NCBI GenBank assembly: GCA_002773855.1
Contig: PEZY01000002.1
Coordinates: 1 to 49,382 of the forward strand
DNA length: 49,382 nt
Direction of reading: 5' to 3'
From: Candidatus Buchananbacteria bacterium CG10_big_fil_rev_8_21_14_0_10_33_19
GTDB taxonomy: Bacteria; Patescibacteriota; Patescibacteriia; 2-01-FULL-39-33
Each line of letters begins with the position of its first letter. Positions within the stretch are counted from its first letter, which is position 1. Below, one piece after another: positions 26,149 to 35,710 of this stretch. Under the pieces are notes generated by a model that saw only the letters and a program-made list of their open reading frames with translations, did not search any database and was not told the DNA's origin. The position numbers and the translations under genes were made by a program.

Positions 26149-27210
26149 ATGAAAATTGCTCAATTAGTTTCTGGAATTTATTCAGTATCAGATAAATCTA
26201 GTCATGCTATTTATTCACATGTAGCTTGGCTTTGTAATGGCTTAACAGATAAAAAACATCAAGTAGAATTGTTTGCCTCTGGTGATTCTAAAACAAAAGC
26301 CAAATTAAATAGTGTTTATCTAAAATCATTTAATAAAACAAAATTAAACGAAAATTTAATAAAATATTATACATTTTTATTAAATTCTAATTGTTATAGT
26401 AAGGCTAATAATTTTGATATTATTCATTCTCATTTTACTATTGTTAATTTATTTTTTACCAAATTAACAAGCACGCCAAGTATTCAGTCTATTCACAGTC
26501 CTATTACTAATGATCAAAAAGAAATATTAAAACATTTTAAATCAAATCGTTTTATTTCTTTTTCTTTAGCTCAAAGAAAATCAATGCCTGAATTAAATTG
26601 GATTGCCAATATTTATCATGGTGTTGATATGGATATTTTTTCCTATAATTCAAAACCTAAGGATTATTTTCTTTATTTAGGTAGAATTACTAAAGAAAAA
26701 GGTGTACATTATGCTATAGAAGCTGCTAAGGCTGCTAAAGTGCCTTTAATTTTAGCTGGTAGAAGTTATTCTAATGAGGGTTATTGGCACGAAAAAATAG
26801 AAAAACAAATAGACGGAAAAAACATAAAATATGTTGGTGAATTAAATTTTAAAGATAAAATAGAATATATTAGAAACGCCAAAGCTTTAATATTTCCAAC
26901 TCAATATACTTATGAGGTTTTTGGTTATGTAATGATTGAAGCTATGGCTTGTGGTACACCGGTTATTGGTTGGAAAAATGGATCTGTTCCAGAAATAATA
27001 TCTGATAAAAAAACTGGCTATGTTGTTAATAGTATTAATGAAATGATCCAAGCTATTAAAGATATAAATAAAATAAAAAGAGAGGATGTTAGAAAAAGAG
27101 CTGAAAGATATTTTAGTATTAAAAAAATGGTTTCTGGTTATGAAAAAATATATAAAAGAATTATTGATGAAAATAAAATAAACCAAGATAAAAAAAATAA
27201 TAGATTATAA
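26149..27210 (+). CDS. GT4 glycosyltransferase
   Basis: FLYLGRITKEKGV..., EVFGYVMIEAMACGTPVIGWKNGSVPEIISDKKTGYVV. Confidence 0.85.
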   Translation: MKIAQLVSGIYSVSDKSSHAIYSHVAWLCNGLTDKKHQVELFASGDSKTKAKLNSVYLKSFNKTKLNENLIKYYTFLLNSNCYSKANNFDIIHSHFTIVNLFFTKLTSTPSIQSIHSPITNDQKEILKHFKSNRFISFSLAQRKSMPELNWIANIYHGVDMDIFSYNSKPKDYFLYLGRITKEKGVHYAIEAAKAAKVPLILAGRSYSNEGYWHEKIEKQIDGKNIKYVGELNFKDKIEYIRNAKALIFPTQYTYEVFGYVMIEAMACGTPVIGWKNGSVPEIISDKKTGYVVNSINEMIQAIKDINKIKREDVRKRAERYFSIKKMVSGYEKIYKRIIDENKINQDKKNNRL

Positions 27211-27252
27211 TTTTATATATAATTTATTATTATTAAAAAATATTATCCAAAT

Positions 27253-29844
27253 ATGTCTATACCTCAACTTTCTAAAAAAATAAAATCATCACAAGATTGG
27301 AGAAATCCAACTTATATTAGAGGTGGTGGTTATCAACATCAAAAATCATCAAATAATTTTTCAGTTTCTTCTAAATACAAAAAACCAAAAAATCAAAAAT
27401 GGCTTAGGAAGTTGTTAGGCGTATTAATTCCTATTAGTATTTTTTTATTTTTAATTGGCGGTATATTTATATTAGGTTCATTTGCTTGGATATCTAAAGA
27501 TTTACCAAATCCAGATGGAATTATTAATAGATCAGTTACTGTTAGTACTAAAATATATGATCGAAAAGGAGAAACTGTTTTATATGATATTCATGGTAAT
27601 ATTAAAAGAACATTAATCCAATTAGAGGAAATTCCACCACATGTTATAAATGCTACTTTAACTGCTGAAGATAGAAATTTTTATACTCATAAAGGTTTTA
27701 GTATAACTGGTATTTTAAGATCTGTTATTAAAAATATTTTTACTGGTAGTAAAGTTGGTGGCTCTACTTTAACTCAGCAATTTGTTAAAAATGCTATTTT
27801 AACTAATGAAAAAACTTATACTAGAAAATTAAAAGAAGTATTAATATCTTATCGATTAGAAAAAAGCTTTACTAAAGATCAGATATTAAATATGTATTTT
27901 AATGAAATACCTTATGGTTCAGTGATTTATGGTATAGAAGCTGCATCTCAATCATTTTTTGGAAAACCAGCTAAAGATTTAACAATAGCTGAAGGAGCTA
28001 TAATTGCCGCTATTCCTCAAGCCCCGACATTTTACTCTCCTTATGGTAATAACAAGGATAAATTAATAATCAGACAAAGATATATATTAGATTCAATGTC
28101 TGAACTTGGTTATATAACTAAAGATCAAGTTGAACAAGCTAAAAATGAAAAAATAATTTTTAAACCATTACAAGAATCAATTATTGCTCCTCATTTTGTA
28201 ATGTATGTTAAAGAATTATTATCAGAAGAATATGGTGAAGAATTTATTAATCAAGAAGGTTTAAAAGTTTATACCACTTTAGATCTAGATAAACAAAGAA
28301 TTGCCGAAGAAGCAATAAAACAAGGGGTTGAAACCAACAGTGTTAAATATGGTTTTACTAATTCATCATTAGTTGCTTTAGATCCAAAAACTGGTCAAAT
28401 TATAGCTATGGTTGGCTCAGCTGATTATTTTAATAATGATATTGATGGTCAAGTAAATGTCTCTTTAAGACCTAGACAACCAGGATCATCATTTAAACCA
28501 ATTGTTTATACAGCAGCTTTTACAAAAGGTTATACTCCAAATACAATTTTATATGATGTAGTTACTAATTTTGATACTACTGGTAATAAAAAATATGAAC
28601 CTCATAATTATGATTTAAAAGAAAATGGTCCAGTTACTCTTAAAAAAGCCTTACAAGGTTCTTTAAATATACCAGCAGTTAAGATAACTTATTTAACTGG
28701 TTTAGAAAATGTTTTAGACTTAGCTGATGATTTAGGTTACACCACATTAAGTAACAGAGATCGATTTGGATTATCATTAGTTTTAGGTGGAGGTGAAGTT
28801 AAATTATTAGAACACGTTGGTGCTTATAGTGTTTTTGCTCAAGAAGGCTTAAAACATAATATAACTCCTATTTTAAAAATAGAAGATAAAAATGGTAAAG
28901 TTTTATTTGAATACAAAGATAAGAAAAAAGAAGTTTTAGATCCAGAATACGCTAGATTAATAAGTAGTGTTTTATCAGATGATGAAGCTAGAACTTATGT
29001 TTTTGGTGCTGGTAGTAAATTAACTTTACCTGGACGTCCTGTAGCCGCTAAAACTGGTACTACAAATGATTATCGTGATGCTTGGACTATTGGCTATACT
29101 CCTAATTTAGTAGCTGGTGTTTGGGTAGGTAATAATAATAATACTGAAATGAAAAAAGGCGCTGATGGTTCGATTATTGCTGCTCCTATTTGGAATTATT
29201 TTATGAAAGAATCATTAAAAGATACTACTCCAGAAAATTTCAATACTCCAAAAGAAATAATTACTAATAAAGCTGTTTTAGATGGTCAAGAAACTGCTGA
29301 AACTGTTATAAAAATTGATATTATGTCTAATAAATTAGCCACTCAATACACTCCAGAATCAACAATAAAAGAAATTAATACAAAAGAAATTCACAATATT
29401 TTATATTATATAAATAAAGACGATCCTAGAGGTGTAAAACCAGATAATCCAGAAGATGATCCTCAATTTAAAAACTGGGAAGATGCTGTAATTAGATGGG
29501 CTACAGAACAAGGTTTTGATTTAAATCAAAATATAGAAATACCAACTGAATACGATAATATTCATTTAGAAGAAGACCAACCAAAATTAATAATTATCTC
29601 ACCAACACCTGGTCAAATTATAAATAATAATGAATTAAAAATTGATATAACTGGATCAACTAAAAGAGGTATTAAAAAAGTAGAATATTATATTGATAAT
29701 AATTTAATATTAACTAAAAATGATATCAGTGATACAAATTTAAATATTTCTAATATAGTTAGTGGTACTCATATATTATTAATTAAAATAAAGGATGATT
29801 TAGAAAATACCGATATTAAATCAGTTAGTATAAATAAACTTTAA
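27253..29844 (+). CDS. Class A penicillin-binding protein (transglycosylase/transpeptidase) with a C-terminal Ig-like extension
   Basis: EDRNFYTHKGF, GGSTLTQQ, SSFKP (SxxK), KTGTT. Confidence 0.9.
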   Translation: MSIPQLSKKIKSSQDWRNPTYIRGGGYQHQKSSNNFSVSSKYKKPKNQKWLRKLLGVLIPISIFLFLIGGIFILGSFAWISKDLPNPDGIINRSVTVSTKIYDRKGETVLYDIHGNIKRTLIQLEEIPPHVINATLTAEDRNFYTHKGFSITGILRSVIKNIFTGSKVGGSTLTQQFVKNAILTNEKTYTRKLKEVLISYRLEKSFTKDQILNMYFNEIPYGSVIYGIEAASQSFFGKPAKDLTIAEGAIIAAIPQAPTFYSPYGNNKDKLIIRQRYILDSMSELGYITKDQVEQAKNEKIIFKPLQESIIAPHFVMYVKELLSEEYGEEFINQEGLKVYTTLDLDKQRIAEEAIKQGVETNSVKYGFTNSSLVALDPKTGQIIAMVGSADYFNNDIDGQVNVSLRPRQPGSSFKPIVYTAAFTKGYTPNTILYDVVTNFDTTGNKKYEPHNYDLKENGPVTLKKALQGSLNIPAVKITYLTGLENVLDLADDLGYTTLSNRDRFGLSLVLGGGEVKLLEHVGAYSVFAQEGLKHNITPILKIEDKNGKVLFEYKDKKKEVLDPEYARLISSVLSDDEARTYVFGAGSKLTLPGRPVAAKTGTTNDYRDAWTIGYTPNLVAGVWVGNNNNTEMKKGADGSIIAAPIWNYFMKESLKDTTPENFNTPKEIITNKAVLDGQETAETVIKIDIMSNKLATQYTPESTIKEINTKEIHNILYYINKDDPRGVKPDNPEDDPQFKNWEDAVIRWATEQGFDLNQNIEIPTEYDNIHLEEDQPKLIIISPTPGQIINNNELKIDITGSTKRGIKKVEYYIDNNLILTKNDISDTNLNISNIVSGTHILLIKIKDDLENTDIKSVSINKL

Positions 29845-29943
29845 CATCTAAGACATTTAACTATGATTAATTACTTCTCTGGAGCTCAAAATTAGCTTGA
29901 GAGTAGAATATCTACTTGATCTTATAACTTATAACAAATAAAT

Positions 29944-29972
29944 AAAAAAATCGCTTACAAGGCGATTTTTTT
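29944..29972. terminator. Bidirectional terminator
   Basis: ATCGC-TTACAAG-GCGAT flanked by an A-run and a T-run, between the convergent PBP and dnaN genes. Confidence 0.55.
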
Positions 29973-29984
29973 ATTTATTATGGT

Positions 29985-31115
29985 TTATTGTTTTATTGGC
30001 ATAATTATATATATATAATTATCAGACTCTTCTGGTTTTAATACACAAGGACTATTGTTATTATTTATTTCTAAGATAACATTATTTGATGAAATATTTT
30101 GTAAGCCATCTAATAAATATTTAAAATTTAAAATCATATTATTATCATCACCAGTTATATTTGACTCTAATTTTGAAATATTTTCACCAGTTTGTGATGA
30201 TGAAGAAGTAATAGTTATTTCTTTTTCTTTAGTATTTAAATCAAGTTTAACATCATTTATACCATTTTTAGTAAATAAACTTGAAGTTTTAACTACTTTT
30301 ATTAAATCTTTAGTATTTAAACTAGCTAAAGTTTTATATTCAGATGGTATTATTTGAGTATAATCAGGATATTGACCTTCAATTAATCTAGAAACTAAAT
30401 CAATACCATTGTAAGAGAACATAATTTGATTATCAGATAAATAAATCTCAATATTTTCTATAGCCTCTAAAGAGATATTATCTTTAAATATACCTAAAAT
30501 TCTAGAAACTTCGTTTAAAGTCTTAACTGGTACAATTATTTTCCTTTCATTAGTGTTCTTATTATCAGTTAATTTTATTTTTTTTTCAGCTAGGCGGTAA
30601 CTATCAGTAGCAGTTAATATAATATTATTTGAATCTAATCCCATAAAAACTCCAGATATTTCTGGTCGAGCCTCTGAATTAGCTACCGCAAATACTACTT
30701 CAGAAATAGCTTGTTTAAAATCTTTAGCTGATACAATATAAGGGTTGGTTTTTTCTATTTTAGGAATTAATGGAAATTCTATAGATGATTGACCTTTAAT
30801 TTTAGTTTTTTGTTTTTCACAAATTATCTTTAAACTATCATCTTCTAATTCTAAGTCTACTCTTTCTTTAGGTAGATAAGAAACATAATCACTAAATAAT
30901 TTAGCATCTACACTGTATTCACCTTCTTTTTCTACTTTACTTCTAATTTGTATAGTTACACCTATTTCTAGATTAGTAGTTGCTAAAGTTAAAAGTTTAT
31001 CTTCAACTTTAATTAAGATATTAGATAAAATTGGTAGATTAGAATTTTTATAAGCTATATGACTAACAACCATTAAACCTTGATTTAAGTTTTCTTGAGT
31101 ACAGGATATTTTCAT
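29985..31115 (-). CDS. dnaN: DNA polymerase III beta sliding clamp
   Basis: MKISCTQENLNQGL..., 376 aa, located directly downstream of dnaA. Confidence 0.9.
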   Translation of the reverse strand: MKISCTQENLNQGLMVVSHIAYKNSNLPILSNILIKVEDKLLTLATTNLEIGVTIQIRSKVEKEGEYSVDAKLFSDYVSYLPKERVDLELEDDSLKIICEKQKTKIKGQSSIEFPLIPKIEKTNPYIVSAKDFKQAISEVVFAVANSEARPEISGVFMGLDSNNIILTATDSYRLAEKKIKLTDNKNTNERKIIVPVKTLNEVSRILGIFKDNISLEAIENIEIYLSDNQIMFSYNGIDLVSRLIEGQYPDYTQIIPSEYKTLASLNTKDLIKVVKTSSLFTKNGINDVKLDLNTKEKEITITSSSSQTGENISKLESNITGDDNNMILNFKYLLDGLQNISSNNVILEINNNNSPCVLKPEESDNYIYIIMPIKQ

Positions 31116-31406
31116 ATGTATATATTATATTAATAATAATTATATATTTAATATATAAATAATAATACTAATAATAAGGGGGGTGAATAAGTGTATAAAG
31201 TAATAAAGAGCTGTTTTTGTTTTAAAAATAGGCTATATATAAAAAATAAAATGGGTATAACTTATTAATTAAATCTAGTTTTCGTGTTGATAAATTTTTA
31301 AACTAACTTATGATAATAGTTATTAAGGTTTATTTATTAGTTATCAACTGTATATTTACAACCTTAAAATTAAATTATCAAGATTTAAATAATCTTTATA
31401 AACAGT
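31116..31406. other. dnaA-dnaN intergenic region: candidate oriC module (AT-only tract plus DnaA-box-like 9-mers)
   Basis: 31119-31177 is A/T only except for a single C. Box-like sites: TGTTGATAA (31285-31293, 8/9 on the complement), TTATCAACT (31341), TTATCAAGA (31375), TTATAAACA (31396). Confidence 0.45.
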
Positions 31407-32825
31407 TTATCCATTAGTATAAAGCTTTTGTTTTAAAACATTTATATCTTGTCTTAATTTATCGTCGGTTTTTAGATTTCTAATAATTTTATCATAAGCA
31501 TGAATTACAGTAGTATGATCACGTCCACCAATTTCATTACCAATAGTTGGATAAGAAGCTCTCATTTCTTCTCTCATTAGATACATAATAATTTGACGTG
31601 GTTCAGCTAAATTTTTTTTACGACAAGGACCAATAATATCAGCTATTTCAATATCAAAGTATTCAGCTACGGTATTAATAATATATTTTGGAGTTAATGG
31701 TTTTTTTTGAGAATCAGTGATTATTGATGAAGTTATTTGTTTAATTTCATCTAAATCTAATATTTTGTTTCGTAGTTGACTATGAGCGGTTATTTTATTA
31801 ATAGCACCTTCTAATTCTCTAATATTATTATGAATAACACTAGCTAAATATTCAATAACATCAGAATTTAAGTTAAAATCTTTTTCTTTTAATTTGGTTT
31901 CAATAATAGCTATTTTAGTTTCTAAATCAGGAATTGATACATCAGCAATTACCCCCCATTCAAATCTAGATACTAAACGATGTTCTAAGGCCGAGATAGC
32001 CTTAGGTGGTCTATCAGATGATATAACCACCTGTTTGTTGTTTTGGTGTAATTCATTAAAAGTATGAAAAAAAGCTTCTTGAGTTTGTTCTTTGCCGGAT
32101 ATAAATTGAATATCATCGATTAATAAAACATCAATAGACCTGTATTTTTTAGTAAAATCATCAGCTTTTCCGCTTCTAATGGCAGTGATATAGTCATTAG
32201 TGAATTTTTCACAAGAAACATATAAAATTTTCGTATTTTGATTGTCAATTAATATTTTATTACCAATTGCTTGTAATAAATGGGTTTTTCCAAGTCCAAC
32301 GCCACCGTATATAAATAAAGGATTATAGGATTTTCCTGGATTTTTAGCGACAGCTAAAGACGCAGCATGAGCTAATTCATTATTTTTACCAACAATAAAA
32401 CTAGAAAAAACGTATTTTGGATTTAAACTAAAACCCTCTATTTTAATATTGTTATTAATATTTAATGGTGTTTTTTGTTGTTCATTGGTAGAATTTTCAG
32501 CAATAATTGGATCAGAATGATTTTCAAATTCAGTACTTTCAGTTATTTTTGGTGTATTTACTACTTTTTGTTGGTTAATTGCTTCAATTTTATATTCAAT
32601 AAATTTAATTTTATTATCAGATACACTTTTTAAAGCTTTAAGTATATTGGTATGGTATTTTTTTTCTAACCATTCTTTTGTAAAACCATTTGGTACAGAA
32701 ATAACTACTTTTTCACCTTCAATTAAAGAAATGCCGGTATTTTTAAACCAAGTTGTAAAATTAGCTTTAGATAATGATAATTCTAATTCACCTAAGGCCG
32801 ATTGCCATAATTGTTGAGAATTCAT
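31407..32825 (-). CDS. dnaA: Chromosomal replication initiator DnaA
   Basis: Walker A GGVGLGKTHLL, LLIDDIQF, C-terminal DNA-binding HTTVIHA. Confidence 0.95.
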   Translation of the reverse strand: MNSQQLWQSALGELELSLSKANFTTWFKNTGISLIEGEKVVISVPNGFTKEWLEKKYHTNILKALKSVSDNKIKFIEYKIEAINQQKVVNTPKITESTEFENHSDPIIAENSTNEQQKTPLNINNNIKIEGFSLNPKYVFSSFIVGKNNELAHAASLAVAKNPGKSYNPLFIYGGVGLGKTHLLQAIGNKILIDNQNTKILYVSCEKFTNDYITAIRSGKADDFTKKYRSIDVLLIDDIQFISGKEQTQEAFFHTFNELHQNNKQVVISSDRPPKAISALEHRLVSRFEWGVIADVSIPDLETKIAIIETKLKEKDFNLNSDVIEYLASVIHNNIRELEGAINKITAHSQLRNKILDLDEIKQITSSIITDSQKKPLTPKYIINTVAEYFDIEIADIIGPCRKKNLAEPRQIIMYLMREEMRASYPTIGNEIGGRDHTTVIHAYDKIIRNLKTDDKLRQDINVLKQKLYTNG

Positions 32826-33101
32826 GGGAAAAATATTTTATTTTGTTTAAATTTAGCTAAAATATATTTTATTACCTAAATATAAATAATTATAAAAAGA
32901 TTAATAGGGGTTAAAATAATTCGTTTTAATCTTAACACAACTTATTAAAATAGAAAATAGTCCACAGTTTTACTAACTATGTTTATAAACTGTTTATATC
33001 TTTTAAATTAAGCTTTAAATTTAATTTATTAATTAATTGACTAATTAGGTTTAAAGTGTTACTATTTTCACTAGTTGTTATTAACTTTAATTAATATTGA
33101 A
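32826..33101. other. dnaA-rpmH divergent intergenic region with weaker DnaA-box-like sites
   Basis: TAGTCCACA (32958-32966) and tandem TGTTTATAA / TGTTTATAT (32980-32999). Confidence 0.35.
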
Positions 33102-33239
33102 ATGCCAAAAAGAACATTCCAGCCTAAGGTTAAAAAAAGAGCCAGAAAACAAGGATTTCGTAAAAAAATGCAGACACCTACTGGCCGTAGAGTTTTAAAA
33201 AGCCGAAGAGCTAAAGGTAGAAAAAAATTAACAGCTTAG
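33102..33239 (+). CDS. rpmH: Ribosomal protein L34
   Basis: [45 protein letters not shown]. Missed by the ORF track because it is under 60 aa. Confidence 0.9.
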   Translation: MPKRTFQPKVKKRARKQGFRKKMQTPTGRRVLKSRRAKGRKKLTA

Positions 33240-33267
33240 TCTTTATTTCTCTAAAATAAGCTAATTT

Positions 33268-33606
33268 ATGCTTATCAGAAAATATCGTTTAACAAAAAGA
33301 AACGATTTTCAATCTATATTTAAAACTGGTTATAAAAACTTTAATAAATTTTTTAGTCTTAGATATAAATTAAATAATTTAGAAAATTCCAGAATTGCTG
33401 TAGTGGTTTCTAATAAGGTGGCTAAAAAAGCTACTGATAGAAATAGAATAAAAAGACAAGTAAGAAGTATTATTTCTGATTTTTTACCTAATTTTAAACA
33501 AAATTTTGACGTAATTATTAATATTTTATCTCCAAGTTTAAATCAGGAATATAATATTATTCAAGAAGAATTATCTAAAATTTTAAAAAAAAGTAATATT
33601 TTATAA
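33268..33606 (+). CDS. rnpA: RNase P protein component
   Basis: The position after rpmH, the size (112 aa) and the basic RNR-type segment [12 protein letters not shown] all fit. Confidence 0.85.
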   Translation: MLIRKYRLTKRNDFQSIFKTGYKNFNKFFSLRYKLNNLENSRIAVVVSNKVAKKATDRNRIKRQVRSIISDFLPNFKQNFDVIINILSPSLNQEYNIIQEELSKILKKSNIL

Positions 33607-33863
33607 TGACAATAAAATTGAGTTATTATATCCGTTTTTTTGTTTTAAAGTTGATTAAAATATATCAAAAAACTTTATCTTTTGATCATGGAATAATGAA
33701 AGTGTTTTTTCCCCATGGTTATTGTAAATATCACCCCACTTGTTCAGAATATGGCTATCAAGCGATAGAAAAATATGGAGTAGTTAAGGGTGGTTTGATG
33801 TCTTTTTGGCGAATATTGCGTTGCAATCCATTTTCTAAAGGTGGAAATAATCCAGTAAAGTAA
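33606..33863 (+). CDS. yidD: Membrane protein insertion efficiency factor YidD
   Basis: [19 protein letters not shown]...RILRCNPF. Confidence 0.9.
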   Translation: MTIKLSYYIRFFVLKLIKIYQKTLSFDHGIMKVFFPHGYCKYHPTCSEYGYQAIEKYGVVKGGLMSFWRILRCNPFSKGGNNPVK

Positions 33864-33885
33864 TTTAAAAATAAATTTAAAAATA

Positions 33886-34686
33886 ATGGGCCAATTATTC
33901 CATATCGCTTTATACCAACCAATTCTTAATTTTTTAGTTTTAGTTTATAATTTTACCCCAGGTCATGATATTGGTTTGGCTATTATAATAATGACAGTAA
34001 TTATTAAATTACTGTTATATCCATTTTCTTTAAAATCAATTAAATCACAAAAAGCTTTACAAGATATCCAACCAAAAATAGAAGCTTTAAAAGTAAAATA
34101 TAAGGATCAAAAAGATAAATTAGCTCAAGAGATGATGGTATTGTATAAAAATGAAAAGGTTAGTCCTTTTTCATCTTGTTTACCATTATTAATTCAGTTA
34201 CCGTTTTTAATTGCTGTTTTTGAAGTTTTTAGATCTGGCTTATCTACTAATAGTTTAGAAGTTTTATACCCATTTGTTTATAATCCAGGTAGTTTAAATC
34301 CAATAACCTTAGGTTTATTTGATTTATCAAAACCACAAATCACTTTAGCTATATTAGCTGGCTTAGCTCAATTTTGGCAAGTTAAAATGTTAAATACTAA
34401 AAAACCAGAAGTTAAAACTGAAGGGTCAAAAGATGAGAGTATGATGGTAATTATGAATAAGCAAATGATGTTTATGATGCCAATTATGACAGTGTTTATC
34501 GGTGCTAGTCTACCAGGCGGTTTAAGTCTTTATTGGTTTATAACCACCCTTATAACTGCTCTTATGCAATTATTTGCTTTTAGACATAAAAAAGAATTAC
34601 TAGTAGAGGTAATTGATAAAAATAATTACAATAGTGATAATATAGTAGAAGGAGAAATTATAAACGAGGTAAAAGAAATTAAATAG
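33886..34686 (+). CDS. yidC: YidC/Oxa1 family membrane insertase (short form)
   Basis: Conserved order rnpA-yidD-yidC. GLAIIIMTVIIKLLLYPFS, MMPIM, SLYWFITTL. Confidence 0.9.
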   Translation: MGQLFHIALYQPILNFLVLVYNFTPGHDIGLAIIIMTVIIKLLLYPFSLKSIKSQKALQDIQPKIEALKVKYKDQKDKLAQEMMVLYKNEKVSPFSSCLPLLIQLPFLIAVFEVFRSGLSTNSLEVLYPFVYNPGSLNPITLGLFDLSKPQITLAILAGLAQFWQVKMLNTKKPEVKTEGSKDESMMVIMNKQMMFMMPIMTVFIGASLPGGLSLYWFITTLITALMQLFAFRHKKELLVEVIDKNNYNSDNIVEGEIINEVKEIK

Positions 34687-34761
34687 TTTTGAAAAAATTG
34701 GATAATTGTCCAATTTTTTTATAACAAAAAAAAGATACTAATTACTTAGTATCTTTATATA

Positions 34762-34953
34762 TTATTCATCGGAAACAATAATTACTTTAGAATTTATTTC
34801 GGTTACACTATCTTTATCTTCAATAATAATAGTGATTCTACTACGATTGTCGAGTAAGCACTTAGGACAAATTCTATTTTTATCTTCGATTGGTTCTAAA
34901 TGTTTATAGCAATAATCAATTTTTTTATCCCAGTCCAAACACTCTATTATCAT
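34762..34953 (-). CDS. 63-aa hypothetical protein with four Cys (possible zinc ribbon)
   Basis: SD GGAG 8 nt upstream. C5, C15 and CPKC. Last gene of a three-ORF minus-strand unit. Confidence 0.5.
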   Translation of the reverse strand: MIIECLDWDKKIDYCYKHLEPIEDKNRICPKCLLDNRSRITIIIEDKDSVTEINSKVIIVSDE

Positions 34954-34970
34954 GTTTTAATCTCCGTGGT

Positions 34971-35063
34971 TTAATTAAAAATAATTACAATATTATAAAC
35001 CACATAAATAAGTAGTAAAATGGTTAAGCAACCAATAAAAAAATCTTTCTTTTTGTGTTTCAT
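34971..35063 (-). CDS. 30-aa single-TM peptide (MKHKKKDFFIGCLTILLLIYVVYNIVIIFN)
   Basis: SD GGAGAT upstream of the ATG (complement of 35061-35063). Basic N-terminus followed by a TM helix. Not in the ORF track. Confidence 0.4.
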   Translation of the reverse strand: MKHKKKDFFIGCLTILLLIYVVYNIVIIFN

Positions 35064-35088
35064 TTTTTATATCTCCATGGTAAAAAAT

Positions 35089-35280
35089 TTAGTGAAAATT
35101 ACCAAGATAAGCAAAAGGTCTAAATCCGGGCTGGGTCATTGATCGATGATCAATTAGTTTTAAAAGATCAGGGTTATTAGTTTTGGCATTATTAATATAA
35201 TCTTCAATATCAGGCACTAATAACTGCATTAATTCCCAATTAGTACAATCAGATAATTCTTTTGTTTTGGTATTGGACAT
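35089..35280 (-). CDS. 63-aa hypothetical protein
   Basis: SD AAAGGAGAT upstream. No family was recognised. Confidence 0.5.
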   Translation of the reverse strand: MSNTKTKELSDCTNWELMQLLVPDIEDYINNAKTNNPDLLKLIDHRSMTQPGFRPFAYLGNFH

Positions 35281-35374
35281 TTTATATCTCCTTTGTGAAA
35301 GAACTAATAGTAAAAAATTAACATTTTATATTATTTGTGTCAATAGTAGTAATACTGTAAATAATAAATTTTTT

Positions 35375-35383
35375 TGCTATAAT
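35375..35383 (+). promoter_or_regulatory. Extended -10 promoter (TGcTATAAT) 6 nt upstream of ATG 35390
   Basis: TGCTATAAT at 35375-35383. The spacing implies a leaderless or near-leaderless mRNA. Confidence 0.4.
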
Positions 35384-35389
35384 ATAGAT

Positions 35390-35659
35390 ATGATTTTAAC
35401 AAGTGATCAATTAATTGGCTTAAAAGTAGTGACTAAAAGTGGCCAGATTTTGGGTAAAATTAAAGATTTTGAATTTAATACTGAAAATTCAAAAATTACT
35501 AAGTATATTGTTGTTAGTAATGATTTGGTTAAAAAAATAACTGCTAAAAATTTAGTGATTTCAATTAATCAAATAATAGAAATAACTATTAAAAAAATGA
35601 TTGTTGATGATAATGTAGTTATAGACGTTGATAGGGTAAATCAAGTAGTTATTGCTTAA
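35390..35659 (+). CDS. PRC-barrel domain protein (YlmC/YmxH-like)
   Basis: MILTSDQLIGLKVVTKSGQILGKIKDFEFNTENSKITKYIVV. The start was moved to the internal ATG 35390 because the longer ORF-track start precedes the -10 box. Confidence 0.7.
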   Translation: MILTSDQLIGLKVVTKSGQILGKIKDFEFNTENSKITKYIVVSNDLVKKITAKNLVISINQIIEITIKKMIVDDNVVIDVDRVNQVVIA

Positions 35660-35710
35660 TGTAAACAAAAAAACACCTTTAAATATAAAAGTGTTTTTTT
35701 TGTTTATTAA

